A DNA stretch of 46,594 bases from an uncultured Bryobacteraceae bacterium (lineage in GTDB: Bacteria; Acidobacteriota; Terriglobia; Bryobacterales; Bryobacteraceae). The notes beneath the pieces were generated by a model, which had not been told where the DNA came from, did no database searches, and was given only the letters and a program-made list of their open reading frames with translations. This document shows positions 1-10,500 of the stretch, piece after piece (the first letter of the stretch is position 1; every line of letters starts with the position of its first letter). The translations under genes were made by a program, and so were the position numbers. The stretch is from the NCBI GenBank assembly GCA_964247955.1, contig CAXTWT010000002.1:1-46594 (forward strand). The letters run 5' to 3'.

Positions 1-116
1 GAGGAAGAAGGCGAGCTGCTGGCCAAGGCTTTTTGATGCTTACACTGAACCGGCGTTATGGAAAAGCAACACCAAAAAACGAGTCGAGGGCCTGAATGGC
101 GGCCACGGGGATGTGC

Positions 117-512
117 CTAGACCGACACGCGGGTGCGGAGCCGGAAACGGGAAGCTGCGCGTAGGGCGAGAAAGCCGGCAGCTACCCCAACTACATCCAC
201 CAGCAGGTCACGCTTTTCCAATCGGCTATGGTAGGTAATCGCCTCTGCGGTTTCCAGCGCCACGCCCAGCAAAACGGCCATCCCGGCGCGCCAGAGTTGC
301 GGGCAAAGCGGAGGAGTCCTCCACAAGAACCCGACGGCGGTGAGCGCAAAGACAAAGAAGTGTCCGCCGTAGTGGAAGTGACCCACCGTGTGGAGCCGTT
401 CCTTGACCGCCAGCGGAGACAGCGAGAGCGCCACTACAGCCAAGACCCAAAGAACCAAGAGAACGCGCATCCGTGAACTACGGGCAGCAGGCGCAACAAG
501 CATCAAACACAC
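117..512 (-). CDS. VanZ-like small membrane protein (weak family call)
   Basis: 131-aa ORF. The more likely start is the internal Met at 470 (MRVLLVLWVLAVVAL...). It has several hydrophobic helices, and the C-terminal ...ALETAEAITYHSRLEKRDLLVDVVGVAAG... resembles the conserved VanZ segment. Confidence 0.45.
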   Translation of the reverse strand: MCLMLVAPAARSSRMRVLLVLWVLAVVALSLSPLAVKERLHTVGHFHYGGHFFVFALTAVGFLWRTPPLCPQLWRAGMAVLLGVALETAEAITYHSRLEKRDLLVDVVGVAAGFLALRAASRFRLRTRVSV

Positions 513-649
513 AGTGGCTCGGGAAGGCGCATCTTCTCACTCAGCAGCCATCGCAAGACGAATAGCAACAGGCTTCCTTTTCGGAAGGCAACCGGAGCAG
601 CGGCCACACTGCTGCCGATTTTATCGGTAAGCAGTCAGGGCCATCGCAT

Positions 650-1286
650 ATGAAACAGCGCGCTAACGGTCACTGGGGTTGGCGGTAGTTCATGATGGCC
701 CTTCCTGATTGGGAGGTTTCGCATGAATGGTTTCGCCGTCGCCTTTTCGGCTCGGGCCGACTCGCGACGTCCCCATGCGCGGCAGCACAAGCTGTTGGAC
801 ATCCCGGCCGTTGCCTTTTGTGCTTGTCTGTGCGGGGCGATAAACGGCATCTGGATGAAGTGATTTTGAAGATCAACGGCGTCCAGCCTTACCTGTGGCG
901 GGCGGTAGATCAACACGGTGCCGGTATCGACATCCTGGTCCAGCCGAAACGGGATCGACGGGCCGCGATCTTATTCTTGCGGAAGCTTTTGCGCACCACG
1001 AACCGGAAGCCGCGCGGGATTGTCACCGATAAACTTTGCAGCGATGGAGCGGCCAAGAACGTGGTTCTCCCGCGCGTCCTTCCTCGCCAAAGTCGCTACT
1101 TAAACAATCGAGCGGAAAACTCGCATCAGCCGACCCGGGAACGCGAGCGCCGCATGAGGCGATTCACATCTCCGGAGCAGGCCCGATGATTCTTAGAAGT
1201 ACACGATCTCCCCGCTGCTCACTTTCGCCCCTAACGGCATCTCTTTTCCGCCGGTCAACACCGAGCGGAACGGGAGCAACAATTTC
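650..1286 (+). pseudogene. IS6/IS26-family transposase, degenerate copy
   Basis: ORF 692..1189 reads ...EVSHEW..RHLDEVILKINGVQPYLWRAVDQHGAGIDILVQPKRDRRAA...IVTDKL...YLNNRAENSHQPTRERERRMRRF, the DDE core of IS6-type transposases (compare the copy at 1360..2178). A stop lies just upstream of 692. The last ~35 codons (FLEVHDL..RHLFSAGQHRAERERQQF) are readable only after a frameshift near 1190. The N-terminal part is missing or decayed. Confidence 0.75.
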
Positions 1287-2252
1287 GAAAGTGTCAGGAC
1301 TGGCGACACTGGCGCACGAAGCTGATTTAGAGTGACCCTTGCCTTCCTGCCGAAGCAAATCACGCTGCAAGAAACATCTCTTGCAGCACACGCACTTTCT
1401 TGCTAAATTGTTGCTGGCCACTAGGAAGGGAAACAAACTGCTTACGTCGACGGCGGGGACGGAAGTATTGCCGGACTTCTTCAAAGGTGTGACAGAAGCG
1501 TTGCGCAGAAGCAAACGCACGGAAGCCCAACATCGGATAATAACGTTGTTTACTGCCACGATGATCTTGTTCAATCCGGCGATTGAGATAGGCATTGTCG
1601 CGATGTTCGACGTGGCGGCCCAGGATTTCCCGAACCGCACGCGGGTACGAATCATGGCCATCGGTAGTGACTTGTTGCGGCGCTTCTTCCGCCATCGACA
1701 AAGCACTTTGAAAGAAGCGTTGCGCCGCGCTCCTGTCACGTGTGGCGCTGAGCATTGAGTCCACTAAGTTCCCCTCGTGATCGATGGCTCGGTACAAGTA
1801 ACACCAGCGGCCTTTCACCTTCAAATAGGTCTCGTCCACCTACCAGCGCCGACCGATCTTGCCCTGACGTTTCCGGCGGAGTTGCTCCGCGAGAAAAGAA
1901 GCCAAACGAGCCTCCCACTCCTGCACGGCCTGATGAGTAAACTCGAGCCCACGCAACAGAAATAACTCGGCCAAACTGCGCAAGCTCAATTTATAGCGGA
2001 AGCGGCAGAGTAGGACTTGAAACACGATATCGGTGGGAAACTCGAGGTGGTGGAACGGTGTGCCCGTGCGCTCATTGAACTTGCGCCGACAGGTACGGCA
2101 GCGAAAGACTTGGTAGCCCAAATCCGTCGTACTGCTCAGCGGAGAAGTTTGGGACGCTTGGCAATGCTGGCAAGTCATGAACAGGATAAGAAATTAAGAA
2201 TATCAATCCGTTGATTCTAACCGCATGGTGTGCCGCCAGTCCTGACACTTTC
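1287..2252 (-). mobile_element. IS6-family insertion sequence (~966 bp) with perfect 19-bp terminal inverted repeats
   Basis: gaaagtgtcaggactggcg at 1287-1305 is the exact reverse complement of cgccagtcctgacactttc at 2234-2252, and the repeats bracket the transposase reading frame. The 8-bp flanks differ (acaatttc vs accacaag), so there is no target-site duplication. The left flank is the other IS6 copy and the right flank is an IS256-type remnant. Confidence 0.8.
1360..2178 (-). pseudogene. IS6-family transposase interrupted by one in-frame TAG
   Basis: ORFs 1840..2178 (zinc-finger-like CQHCQ...FRCRTCRRKF, HTH region) and 1360..1839 (VDETYLKVKGRWCYLYRAIDHEGNLVD...TTDGHDSY...LNRRIEQDHR) are in the same frame. 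They are separated only by TAG at 1840-1842 (...GKIGRRW*VDETYLKV...). Confidence 0.85.
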
Positions 2253-2253
2253 A

Positions 2254-2403
2254 CCACAAGCAGCACTCAAGATGCTTTACTTGGCTTTGAAAAACGTGGC
2301 TCAGAAAGGGAAGTCGTCTCCGAACTGGCGCACGGCGTTGAATCACTTTATGCTTTTATGGGGTGATCGCCTCGAAGCCGCGCCACAACGTCCTGTGCGA
2401 TAA
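2254..2403 (+). pseudogene. IS256-family (mutator-type) transposase, C-terminal remnant
   Basis: The frame opening right after the IS6 repeat reads PQAALKMLYLALKNVAQKGKSSPNWRTALNHFMLLWGDRLEAAPQRPVR*. This matches the characteristic IS256-family C-terminus (..LLKLLYLAL.NI.KKW.MP..W..AL.QF...F.DR.). The rest of the gene is absent. Confidence 0.65.
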
Positions 2404-2462
2404 CCAAAAATCAGAAACGGGAGAAACGCCACTTACACAAAATTCAGGACACTAACTTAATT

Positions 2463-3938
2463 TTAGTAAGACATGCGCTGCCTAGCCGCCGTGGATAAAT
2501 CGATCTTGTTTTTGTCTAAGGCTACCGGAACCGCCAACTGCAACACGAACACGCTTCCCGCAGGAGAAGAGGATTCCAGGAAAATTCGGCTTCCATGCTG
2601 CTCGGCAATCCACTGGGCAATCGCCAAACCGAGGCCCGCTCCGCTACTCGCCTCGTTGGCCCGCCCTTGGGATCGTGACCGGGAAGCGTCCACCCGATAG
2701 AACCGTTCGAATAAGTGGGGGCGCGCCCACTCCGGGATTCCCGGCCCGGTGTCAGACACCCGCAGTGTGCAACCATCTGTCTGCACGTCCAGGCTGACGC
2801 ACACTGACCCGCCGCTGTCCGTATATTTACATGCATTGTCCAGCAGAATAATCATGGCTTGGCGAATCAGCCCGGCATCTCCCTCCATCCGGATTTCCGG
2901 CAAAGGTTGCAGGAGTTCAAGATGTACACCGTTCCGCTCTGCCAGGAGACGCATCGCCCGGCAGGACTCAGTCACCAGCTCATCTAGGTAAAACTCTTCG
3001 CGCCGTAGTTCGAGCGACGCCGTATCGGCCCGCGCCAGCAGAAACATGTCTTCCACAATCCGCCGCAGCCGCCGCAGTTGCTCGCCGACAAGCTGCAACG
3101 CCTCCCGGTATTCTTCCGCGGAGCGATGTCCATCCCGCAGCATGACTTGGGTGGCGGTCAAAGCAGCCGAAAGCGGGGTTCTGAGCTCATGCGACGCATC
3201 CGCCATGAAGCGCCTCTGCTGTTGGAAAGCTTCCTGCAATCGCTCCAGCAGCCGATTAAACCCTAGGGCCAGTTGGCCGAGTTCGTCCCCGGAATTGGCA
3301 ATCGCAAGACGTTTGTCCAGATTAGTGGACGAGATCGCATCGACCGTTTGGGCCATGCTCGTCAGGGGCGCCAGGGTTCTTTGGGCCAGCAGGTATCCGC
3401 CGGCGGTGGACAGCAGCAACGCGACTGGAATCACCATCGCTAGCGCACGGAGCAGCGCCGACAGGTCGTTCTGCGTATCGCCTCGCCACGTGCTCGCCAC
3501 CACTGTGTAGGTGGTCTTGACGAGGGGAACGAACACGCTGTTTATAGAGATGCGAAGATCCCCTCGATTCAAATGGCTGACTTGAGCCGTGACGTGAAGC
3601 TTCCGCAAATCATCCTGTTTTCGACCGAGATTTCGTTTATGGGCCACCAGCCGACTGCCATCCCAGATCGCAATCTGTTCCTGGGGAAAGGAGGCTTGGT
3701 ACAGGGTATTCAATATTTTCTGGATCGACGCCTCTCCGCTTTCTTTCCCTCCTTGCTCTTCGATCTCATGACGGATAACGAGCTTCATCACACCCAACAC
3801 GGTCCGCGTGTTATCGTCCAGGCGTGCGTACGCGTCCTGCTGCAGAGAGCCATAGGTTCCGGCTGCCATCAACACCACCAGGAAGGTGAACCAAAGAGTG
3901 TACCGGATGGTGACACGCGCCCGCACGGATTTAAGCAT
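2463..3938 (-). CDS. Sensor histidine kinase, heavy-metal (CusS/CzcS-like) type
   Basis: 491 aa with two TM segments flanking a periplasmic domain, a HAMP region, an H-box FMADASHELRTPL, and an ATPase domain with N, G1 (DTGPGI) and G2 (GAGLGLAI) boxes. It overlaps the upstream regulator stop by 8 nt. Confidence 0.9.
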   Translation of the reverse strand: MLKSVRARVTIRYTLWFTFLVVLMAAGTYGSLQQDAYARLDDNTRTVLGVMKLVIRHEIEEQGGKESGEASIQKILNTLYQASFPQEQIAIWDGSRLVAHKRNLGRKQDDLRKLHVTAQVSHLNRGDLRISINSVFVPLVKTTYTVVASTWRGDTQNDLSALLRALAMVIPVALLLSTAGGYLLAQRTLAPLTSMAQTVDAISSTNLDKRLAIANSGDELGQLALGFNRLLERLQEAFQQQRRFMADASHELRTPLSAALTATQVMLRDGHRSAEEYREALQLVGEQLRRLRRIVEDMFLLARADTASLELRREEFYLDELVTESCRAMRLLAERNGVHLELLQPLPEIRMEGDAGLIRQAMIILLDNACKYTDSGGSVCVSLDVQTDGCTLRVSDTGPGIPEWARPHLFERFYRVDASRSRSQGRANEASSGAGLGLAIAQWIAEQHGSRIFLESSSPAGSVFVLQLAVPVALDKNKIDLSTAARQRMSY

Positions 3939-4611
3939 GGCCCTCCGGCCCGAGAGAATACCCTTCTCCCCTCCGTGTCTGGATGAGCGGCCGCTCTCCC
4001 GCGCGATCCACTTTTTTTCTCAGCCGTTGGATATACACTTCGATCAGGTTTGAAAAAGCATCATACTCTTCATCCCACACTCGTTCGGAGATTTCCTGCC
4101 GGCCCATCACTTTGCCGGCATCGCGGGCCAGACATTCCAGCAAGGCATACTCCTTTGCCGTGAGTACGATAGGCTGATTGCCCCGGTGAACCTTGTGGGT
4201 CCGTGTATCGAGCTGAAGAGTGTCGATGACCAGCACGGGATCCGCCAGTTGCGGACCTCGCCGGAGGAGAGCACGGATGCGCGCCAGCAACTCATCAAAA
4301 TCAAAGGGCTTTGTCAAGTAATCATCCGCACCGCCATCCAACCCCTGAATGCGGTCCGGTACTTGGTCGAGGGCCGTGAGCATCAGGATCGGCACGGATA
4401 GGCCCTCCTTTCGCCAGCGTTGGGAGAGTTCGAATCCATTGAGACCAGGCAACAGAATGTCCAGCAAAATCAAATCATATTGGTTGACGGCAACTTTTTC
4501 GAGCGCCGCATGACCCTCAGCAGCCACATCAACCGCGTAAGTTTGCTCGCGCAGCCCTCGCGCCAGCATCTCAGCCGTGTACGGTTCGTCTTCCACCAGC
4601 AAGATTCGCAT
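3931..4611 (-). CDS. OmpR/PhoB-family response regulator (CusR/CzcR-like)
   Basis: 226 aa. The receiver has MRILLVEDE, DLILLDILLPGLNG and LMLTA...DDYLTKPF. The C-terminus is a winged-helix domain (LTAKEYALLECL...IQTRRGEGY). Confidence 0.92.
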   Translation of the reverse strand: MRILLVEDEPYTAEMLARGLREQTYAVDVAAEGHAALEKVAVNQYDLILLDILLPGLNGFELSQRWRKEGLSVPILMLTALDQVPDRIQGLDGGADDYLTKPFDFDELLARIRALLRRGPQLADPVLVIDTLQLDTRTHKVHRGNQPIVLTAKEYALLECLARDAGKVMGRQEISERVWDEEYDAFSNLIEVYIQRLRKKVDRAGERPLIQTRRGEGYSLGPEGHA

Positions 4612-5076
4612 CCTGAGCCGCCGCTTCTTTCAGATTACCGGTCCGTTCATGAACGCAGCATAAACTCACTTCAAAAGAATTGTCAGCTAGGTTACTGCTT
4701 CGATTCCTTCTGTGCTACTTGCTCGGGCCGCCGCATAGGCGTTGGCCAAAAACCGAGCATGTTCCTCCCCAATGAAGACAGGGTTTGTTCTACAGAAAGA
4801 GTCTCAGCCGTACTGCCTCCTACCCAGATTTCATTAGGAAGGGCCGCATTCAAACACGCGTTCATCTCCTGTTTATGTTGGCTGCATTATTCTGATGGTC
4901 AAGGAGTCATCAGCACTCGCATGGCAGAAAGGACAGATGGTGCGGCCGACTCATGCCCAGCGGATCACCGTGCGAAATACGTTACCAGTACTCGCCCTCG
5001 GCTCAGCCGGGTATCGAAGCCTGCAGGATTGTATGCCGGCTGCTCGGTAGCCCACGCGATTAGCTCCACTAAGCCC

Positions 5077-6348
5077 TTGGCTGCCGGGCGTTGCTCGGCA
5101 GTGTCCTGTGTTTCTCCTGTGATTGTTCTTTGTTTCCTTGTTGCCCGTTGCGCGTGGGCTCAGCCGGTGGAGCTTTCGTTTCAAAGCGCCTTGGCGCAAG
5201 CTTTACAGGGAAATCCACAGCTAGCGGCAGCGGAGGGACGCGTGGAAGACGCGCGCGGACAGCAAACGCAGGCTGGATTGAAGCCAAACCCACGAGTTAC
5301 GGTGCAGTCCGAAGATATCCGCCCCCCAACAAATCAATTACCGTTCTCTTTTGTCAACTCTACCGAAGATTATTTGTTAGTAGGGCAGGTCATTGAAACT
5401 GCCGGTAAACGAGAGCGCCGTGTCGACCTTGCGGCTTCGGCGGTGCAGACGACGCAATTAGAGGGAGAACTAACGCGTCGGCAGATTACCGGCCGCGTAG
5501 GCGCGGCCTATTGGACCGCGGTCAGTTCAGCGCGCGCCCGAGACTTACTGCAAGAGATCTTGCGGACCTATCAGGAGGACGTTGATTACAGCCGGAACCG
5601 CGTCAAGGAAGGTGTCCTGGCGGAAGCGGACCTGATGCGAATCCAATTGGAGCGGGATCGTACGGGAGCGGAAGTGCTAACCGCTATCCGTGACGCGAAT
5701 CAGGCCCTGGTGAATCTTTACCGCGCGATGGGGAAACAGGAGTTTCCTCCAACTCACTTCACTGATTCGCTGGAAAACGTTGGCAAAGTCACCTTGCCAG
5801 AAATGACGCGTGTCCTGGAACGGCGGCCCGAACTGCGGATGGCCCGCCAAGCGATAGCGGAAGCCGAAGCAAACATGCGTTTGCAAAAAGCCAACAGCAA
5901 GCCTGATCCAGAGGCTTTTGTGGGTTACAAACGCAATGTAGGGTATGACACGTTCTACGGCGCCGTACAAATCAACCTTCCCCTACGAAATCGCAATCAG
6001 GGAAATATCGCGAGCGCCCAGGCGCGTCTGCATATCGCAAGCGCCAACTTAAGCCTCGTAGAGACTAACGTAAAAGCCGATATGGAAGCCGCCATCCGAG
6101 CGTACCAGGATCAACGAGCGTTGCTCGATACGTTGCCTGACACGCTGTCACGGGCTACAGAAGCGGAGAGGCTGGCGCGCGCTGCTTACCGCGAAGGCGG
6201 CATTGATCTGCTGCGGCTCCTCGACGCGGAGCGAAGCCGCATTCAGACGCAAGTGGAATACTATCGCGCCTTAGCTGACCTGCATCAAAGTATTATTGGT
6301 CTCTACCTGGTAGGCGGGCAAGGTTTGGCCGATGGGAGTACCCCATGA
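5077..6348 (+). CDS. Outer-membrane efflux protein, CzcC/CusC (TolC family)
   Basis: This is the C-terminal ~420 aa of the 642-aa ORF. A signal-like segment (..VSPVIVLCFLVARCAWAQP) is followed by LSFQSALAQALQGNPQLAAA and the two-repeat TolC/OEP pattern. There is no ATG here, so the start is probably TTG 5077 or GTG 5101. The stop overlaps the next gene's start (ATGA). Confidence 0.8.
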   Translation: MAAGRCSAVSCVSPVIVLCFLVARCAWAQPVELSFQSALAQALQGNPQLAAAEGRVEDARGQQTQAGLKPNPRVTVQSEDIRPPTNQLPFSFVNSTEDYLLVGQVIETAGKRERRVDLAASAVQTTQLEGELTRRQITGRVGAAYWTAVSSARARDLLQEILRTYQEDVDYSRNRVKEGVLAEADLMRIQLERDRTGAEVLTAIRDANQALVNLYRAMGKQEFPPTHFTDSLENVGKVTLPEMTRVLERRPELRMARQAIAEAEANMRLQKANSKPDPEAFVGYKRNVGYDTFYGAVQINLPLRNRNQGNIASAQARLHIASANLSLVETNVKADMEAAIRAYQDQRALLDTLPDTLSRATEAERLARAAYREGGIDLLRLLDAERSRIQTQVEYYRALADLHQSIIGLYLVGGQGLADGSTP

Positions 6349-7574
6349 ATCGGATTGCTTTATGCGCATTAACCATGGCGATACTGTTCGGATGCGGCAA
6401 GGGCGAGAGCGGCAGCGGTGAGAGCAAAAAGGCCGGTTCTTCGGATCAAAATAGGTCGCAGAGCAAGTCCGGCTCAGGCGCAACGGGCGGTGAAGTCACC
6501 ATTGACGGCGCAGCGCAAGAGAAGGCCGGCATTCAAGTGGCCCGGATTGAATGGCGCGCGATTCCCGAATATCTGACGGCTGCCGGCCAAATTGTCATCA
6601 ATGAAGAACGGACCGCTCACATTGGGACGTACACGGATGGGCGTATCACCGAGATCCGCGCTAATGCGGGTGATTATGTGCGTCGCGGCGCTGTGCTGGC
6701 CCGCATGCATAGCCATGACGTGCATGAAACTCGCGCGGCCTACGAAACAGCGCTGGAAGCAGTGAATCGACAGCAAAACGCGGTCGCTTACCAGGAACGC
6801 ATGCGTGACCGGATGGTCAGGCTGTACGGACTGAAGTCGGCTTCCAAACAGGAAGTGGAGAAGGCCGAGGCCGACCTGCGAAGTGCGCAGACCGATCTTG
6901 CTGGCGCGCGCATTTCGGTGGAAAAAGAAGTGGCGCATTTGACTGATATTTTGAGGATTCCCGCTTCCGCGCTGACGAGTATTACTGAGGAAACGGAACA
7001 AGTGCCCGTGATCGCACCCATATCAGGCACTGTTGTGAATCGAATGATTACGCCGGGCGCGGTGGTTGAGCCTGGCGAGGAGGTCTTCACCATGTCGGAT
7101 TTGAGCAGCGTGTGGATGATTGCTTCCGTTGACGAGCCGGACATATCAAAAGTTCATAGGGGCGACAAAGCGCAAATCTTGTCGCAGGCTTACCCTGATG
7201 CTGCTTTTCGCGGGCGGATCACAGGTTTAGGAACGGAACTCGATCCGAAAACGCGTACCTTGCAGGTCCGTATCCTCCTTCCAAACGCAGGAATGAAACT
7301 ACGGGCTGGCATGTACGTGAATGCGCAAATTATGCGAGGCATGTCAAAACAGGCGCTCTTTGTGCCGGAAGAAGCCATTCAAGACGTGAACGGCGGTTCC
7401 CTTGTTTTTTTGCGCAAAGCAAATAACACATTCGAACCAAAACCGGTACAAATTGCCCACCGATTAAACGGAGAGGCCGAAATTAGCGTCGGACTCAACG
7501 CCGGGGACGCCGTGGTTGTTAAAGGCAGCTTTGTGGTGAAATCGCAAATGCTGAAGAGCCAAATCGGCGAGTAG
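6345..7574 (+). CDS. RND efflux periplasmic adaptor (CzcB/CusB, HlyD family) lipoprotein
   Basis: 409 aa with a lipobox-like LTMAILFGCG. It shows the barrel-sandwich / alpha-hairpin / beta-barrel pattern typical of membrane-fusion proteins (..APISGTVV...PGEEVFTMSDLSSVWM..). Confidence 0.9.
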   Translation: MNRIALCALTMAILFGCGKGESGSGESKKAGSSDQNRSQSKSGSGATGGEVTIDGAAQEKAGIQVARIEWRAIPEYLTAAGQIVINEERTAHIGTYTDGRITEIRANAGDYVRRGAVLARMHSHDVHETRAAYETALEAVNRQQNAVAYQERMRDRMVRLYGLKSASKQEVEKAEADLRSAQTDLAGARISVEKEVAHLTDILRIPASALTSITEETEQVPVIAPISGTVVNRMITPGAVVEPGEEVFTMSDLSSVWMIASVDEPDISKVHRGDKAQILSQAYPDAAFRGRITGLGTELDPKTRTLQVRILLPNAGMKLRAGMYVNAQIMRGMSKQALFVPEEAIQDVNGGSLVFLRKANNTFEPKPVQIAHRLNGEAEISVGLNAGDAVVVKGSFVVKSQMLKSQIGE

Positions 7575-7585
7575 GTCCTTTTCAT

Positions 7586-10500
7586 ATGTTGGATTTTTTC
7601 CTGAACAATCGTTGGCTTGTTCTTATTGCTTTACTAGGGTTGATGGCAGGCGGCGTGTATACGATGCTCCATCTCAACATCGAGGCTTACCCCGATCTGA
7701 CGAACGTTCAGGTGCTGGTCACAACCGAAGTGCCCGGCATGTCGCCCGTGGAAGTGGAGCAACTGGTTACGTTCCCGGTTGAGTCAACCTTGCTCGGAAT
7801 GCCCAAAACGCAAGTTGTTCGCTCCGTCTCGAAGCTCGGGCTGTCGATGATCACTGTCGTGTTCGACGACTCCATGAACATCTACTTGGCGCGACAGATG
7901 GTGAGCGAGCGCTTAGGTGAAATAAGATCACGCATACCGCCGGGACTGGAACCACAGCTGGGACCGTTGGCTACGGCTTTTGGCGAGGTGTATCAATTCA
8001 CCTTGCGAGGCGGGAAAGCAGATCTGATGCAAAGAAAGACGCTGCTCGACTGGGTAGTCCGATACGATCTGCGCACCATCCCCGGCGTGAGCGAAATGAA
8101 CTCCTGGGGCGGATACACCAAACAGTACACGGTCGAGGTTGATCCTCTGACATTGCGCCGTTACGGACTGACAGTACACGACGTCGTGCAGCAGGTTTCG
8201 GAAAACAACGCCAACTTCGGCGGCGGTTTTATCTCGCATAACGAGGAACAATACACAATTCGCGGCATAGGCCGTGCGAACGGCATCGAAGATCTAGAAC
8301 GCATTGTCATGCGCTCCCAGAACGGCGTTCCGATTCTGCTTCGCGACGTGGCTTCCGTGCGGCAGCTTCCGTATCCCCGGCAAGGCGCGATTATGAGCGA
8401 CGGGCAGGGTGAAACTGTTTGCGGCATGGTGATTATTACGAAAGGTTCAAACGGAAGGCAACTCATTAGCGATGTGAAACAACGGATGACGTCATTGAAG
8501 CTGCCGGACGGCGTTACCATTGCGCCGTTTTACGATCAGAGCGAAGTCATTGACGCCACGATAGCCACGGTGAAACACAACCTGATCGAAGGCAGCGTTC
8601 TCGTAATTGTTGTGTTGCTGCTCTTTCTCGGCAATTGGCGGGCGGCCCTGGTGGTGGCTTCTGTGATTCCGCTGTCCCTACTGTTCGGATTTTTAGGAAT
8701 GGCGGCATTTGGGGTATCGGCAAACCTCATGAGCTTAGGGGCTGTTGATTTTGGGATGATCGTCGACGGCGCTGTTGTTATGGTGGAAAACTCCGTTCGG
8801 CGGCTGGAAGCCGGACAGGATGACGATCCGAAGGAGACCATTCGGCGAGCCGCTCACGAAGTGGCGCGACCTATCACCTTTGGCGTGGCTATCATTATCG
8901 CGGTATACTTGCCCATTTTTACCCTCCAGGGCCTGGAAGGCCGCATGTTTCATCCCATGGCAATCACCGTATGCGCAGCCTTGGCGGGGTCTCTGTTGTT
9001 GGCTTTGTTTGCTATCCCCACTGTGTCCAGTTTTGCCCTTCGTCAGCGCCGGAAAGAGAACTCTTCCCGTGAAACGTCCCGAAAGCGCGGTTGGTTTGAC
9101 TCCCTTCGCAATCATTACGGACGATCGCTTCACTGGACATTGAATCACCGTTGGCCCATTTTGGCCGGAGCGCTGGCCCTCGTTTTCGCCGCGGCGGTGT
9201 CGCTGAAGTTTATCGGGACGGAGTTCATGCCGAAGCTGGACGAGGGCTCTCTGGTTGTGACCTCGCGCAAGCTGCCCGGCATCTCGCTGGACGAATCGAT
9301 TTACCTCGGCAATCAGATTGAGAAAGTCATTCGCGGTTTTCCGGAAATAACGCACGTTGTCAGTAAGCTGGGACGTCCCGACCAGGCGACCGAAGCCATG
9401 GGTATCGAAGAAAGCGATTCCTATTTGACCTTGGCGCCGCAGAAAGACTGGAAATGCTGTAAGTCAAAAGAGGAACTGACGGAAAAACTATCAAAGGCGC
9501 TGAACGAGATTCCGGGAACCGCGTTTGTCTTTACGCAGCCGATGGAAATGCGGATGGATGAAGTAGTAACGGGCATTCGCGGCGACTTGGCGTTAAAGAT
9601 TTTTGGCGAAGATCTCGATACCTTGGACCAACTGGCAACCAAAGCGGTATCACTCCTTTCAACGGTGAAGGGTGCGGCGGAAGTGCAAAAAGACAGCTCC
9701 ATGGGCGTTGCCGAACTGCGCGTGGGAGTAAACCGCCCGGAAATGGATCGTTATGGCCTGAACGTGTCGGATGTGCGCGAGTTGGTGGAAACGATGCTCG
9801 GCGGCAAACAGGTCTCGGAAATGGTGGAAGGCGAGCGCCGGTTTGGTATCGCCGTCCGCTTGCCGGAAACTTATCGCAACAATATCGATGCTCTCGGCGA
9901 TCTGTACCTGATGGCTCCGAATGGCGAGCGCGTGCAGTTGCGTCAGGTGGCGGAGTTGAAGGTTGTTCGCGGGCCGGAGATGGTCAACCGCGAAGGCGCG
10001 CGCCGCCGCGTGGCGGTGCAGGCAAGCGTGAGTGGGCGGGATCTGGGCGGCTTCGTACAAGACGCTCAGCAAAAGATAGCAAAAGGAATGAGACTACCGG
10101 CGGGATACACGCTGGATTGGGGAGGAGAATTCGAAAATCAGCAGCGGGCCAATAAGCGGCTGGCGTTTGTGTTGCCGATTTCCATTGTGATCATCTTTGG
10201 CCTGCTTTATGCGACTTTCCAGTCCGCCCGGCAAGCTTTACTGATTTTAATGATTGTGCCCTTTGCGCTGGTCGGCGGCGTGGCCGCACTTTGGGTACGA
10301 GGCTTAGACTTGAGCTTGTCGGCCTCGATTGGGTTCATTGCGCTCTTTGGCGTGGCGGTTCTAAACGGCGTTGTCATGGTGAGCCACATCGACGCGCTTC
10401 GCGCTGGCGGCAAAAAAGTGCTTGAAGCAATTAAGGAAGGCGCGGAAGATAGGCTTCGGCCCGTTCTGATGACAGCATCCGTTGCCAGCCTGGGCTTTAT

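Noticed and set aside
1-36. The 3' end of a plus-strand gene entering from the left edge (..EEEGELLAKAF*).
   Set aside because: Eleven codons are too few to identify or even to be sure it is coding.
627-648. A possible left terminal repeat of the decayed IS6 copy (ggtaagcagtcagggccatcgc versus gaaagtgtcaggactggcggc).
   Set aside because: The similarity is weak, and it is too close to the surviving coding part to leave room for a full N-terminus. It cannot be distinguished from chance.
4644-4655. A 12-bp perfect palindrome, cgttcatgaacg, about 33 nt upstream of the response-regulator start in the divergent czc-type control region.
   Set aside because: It is short enough to occur by chance and does not match the CusR/CopR box as I remember it. 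Noted only as a place to look if the promoter is mapped.
4420-5076. The first ~220 codons of the 642-aa ORF that ends as the CzcC-like protein.
   Set aside because: This segment overlaps the response-regulator gene on the other strand, has no recognisable protein features, and precedes a clear signal-peptide-like segment. I treat it as an open frame caused by GC richness. The real start is near 5077-5101.
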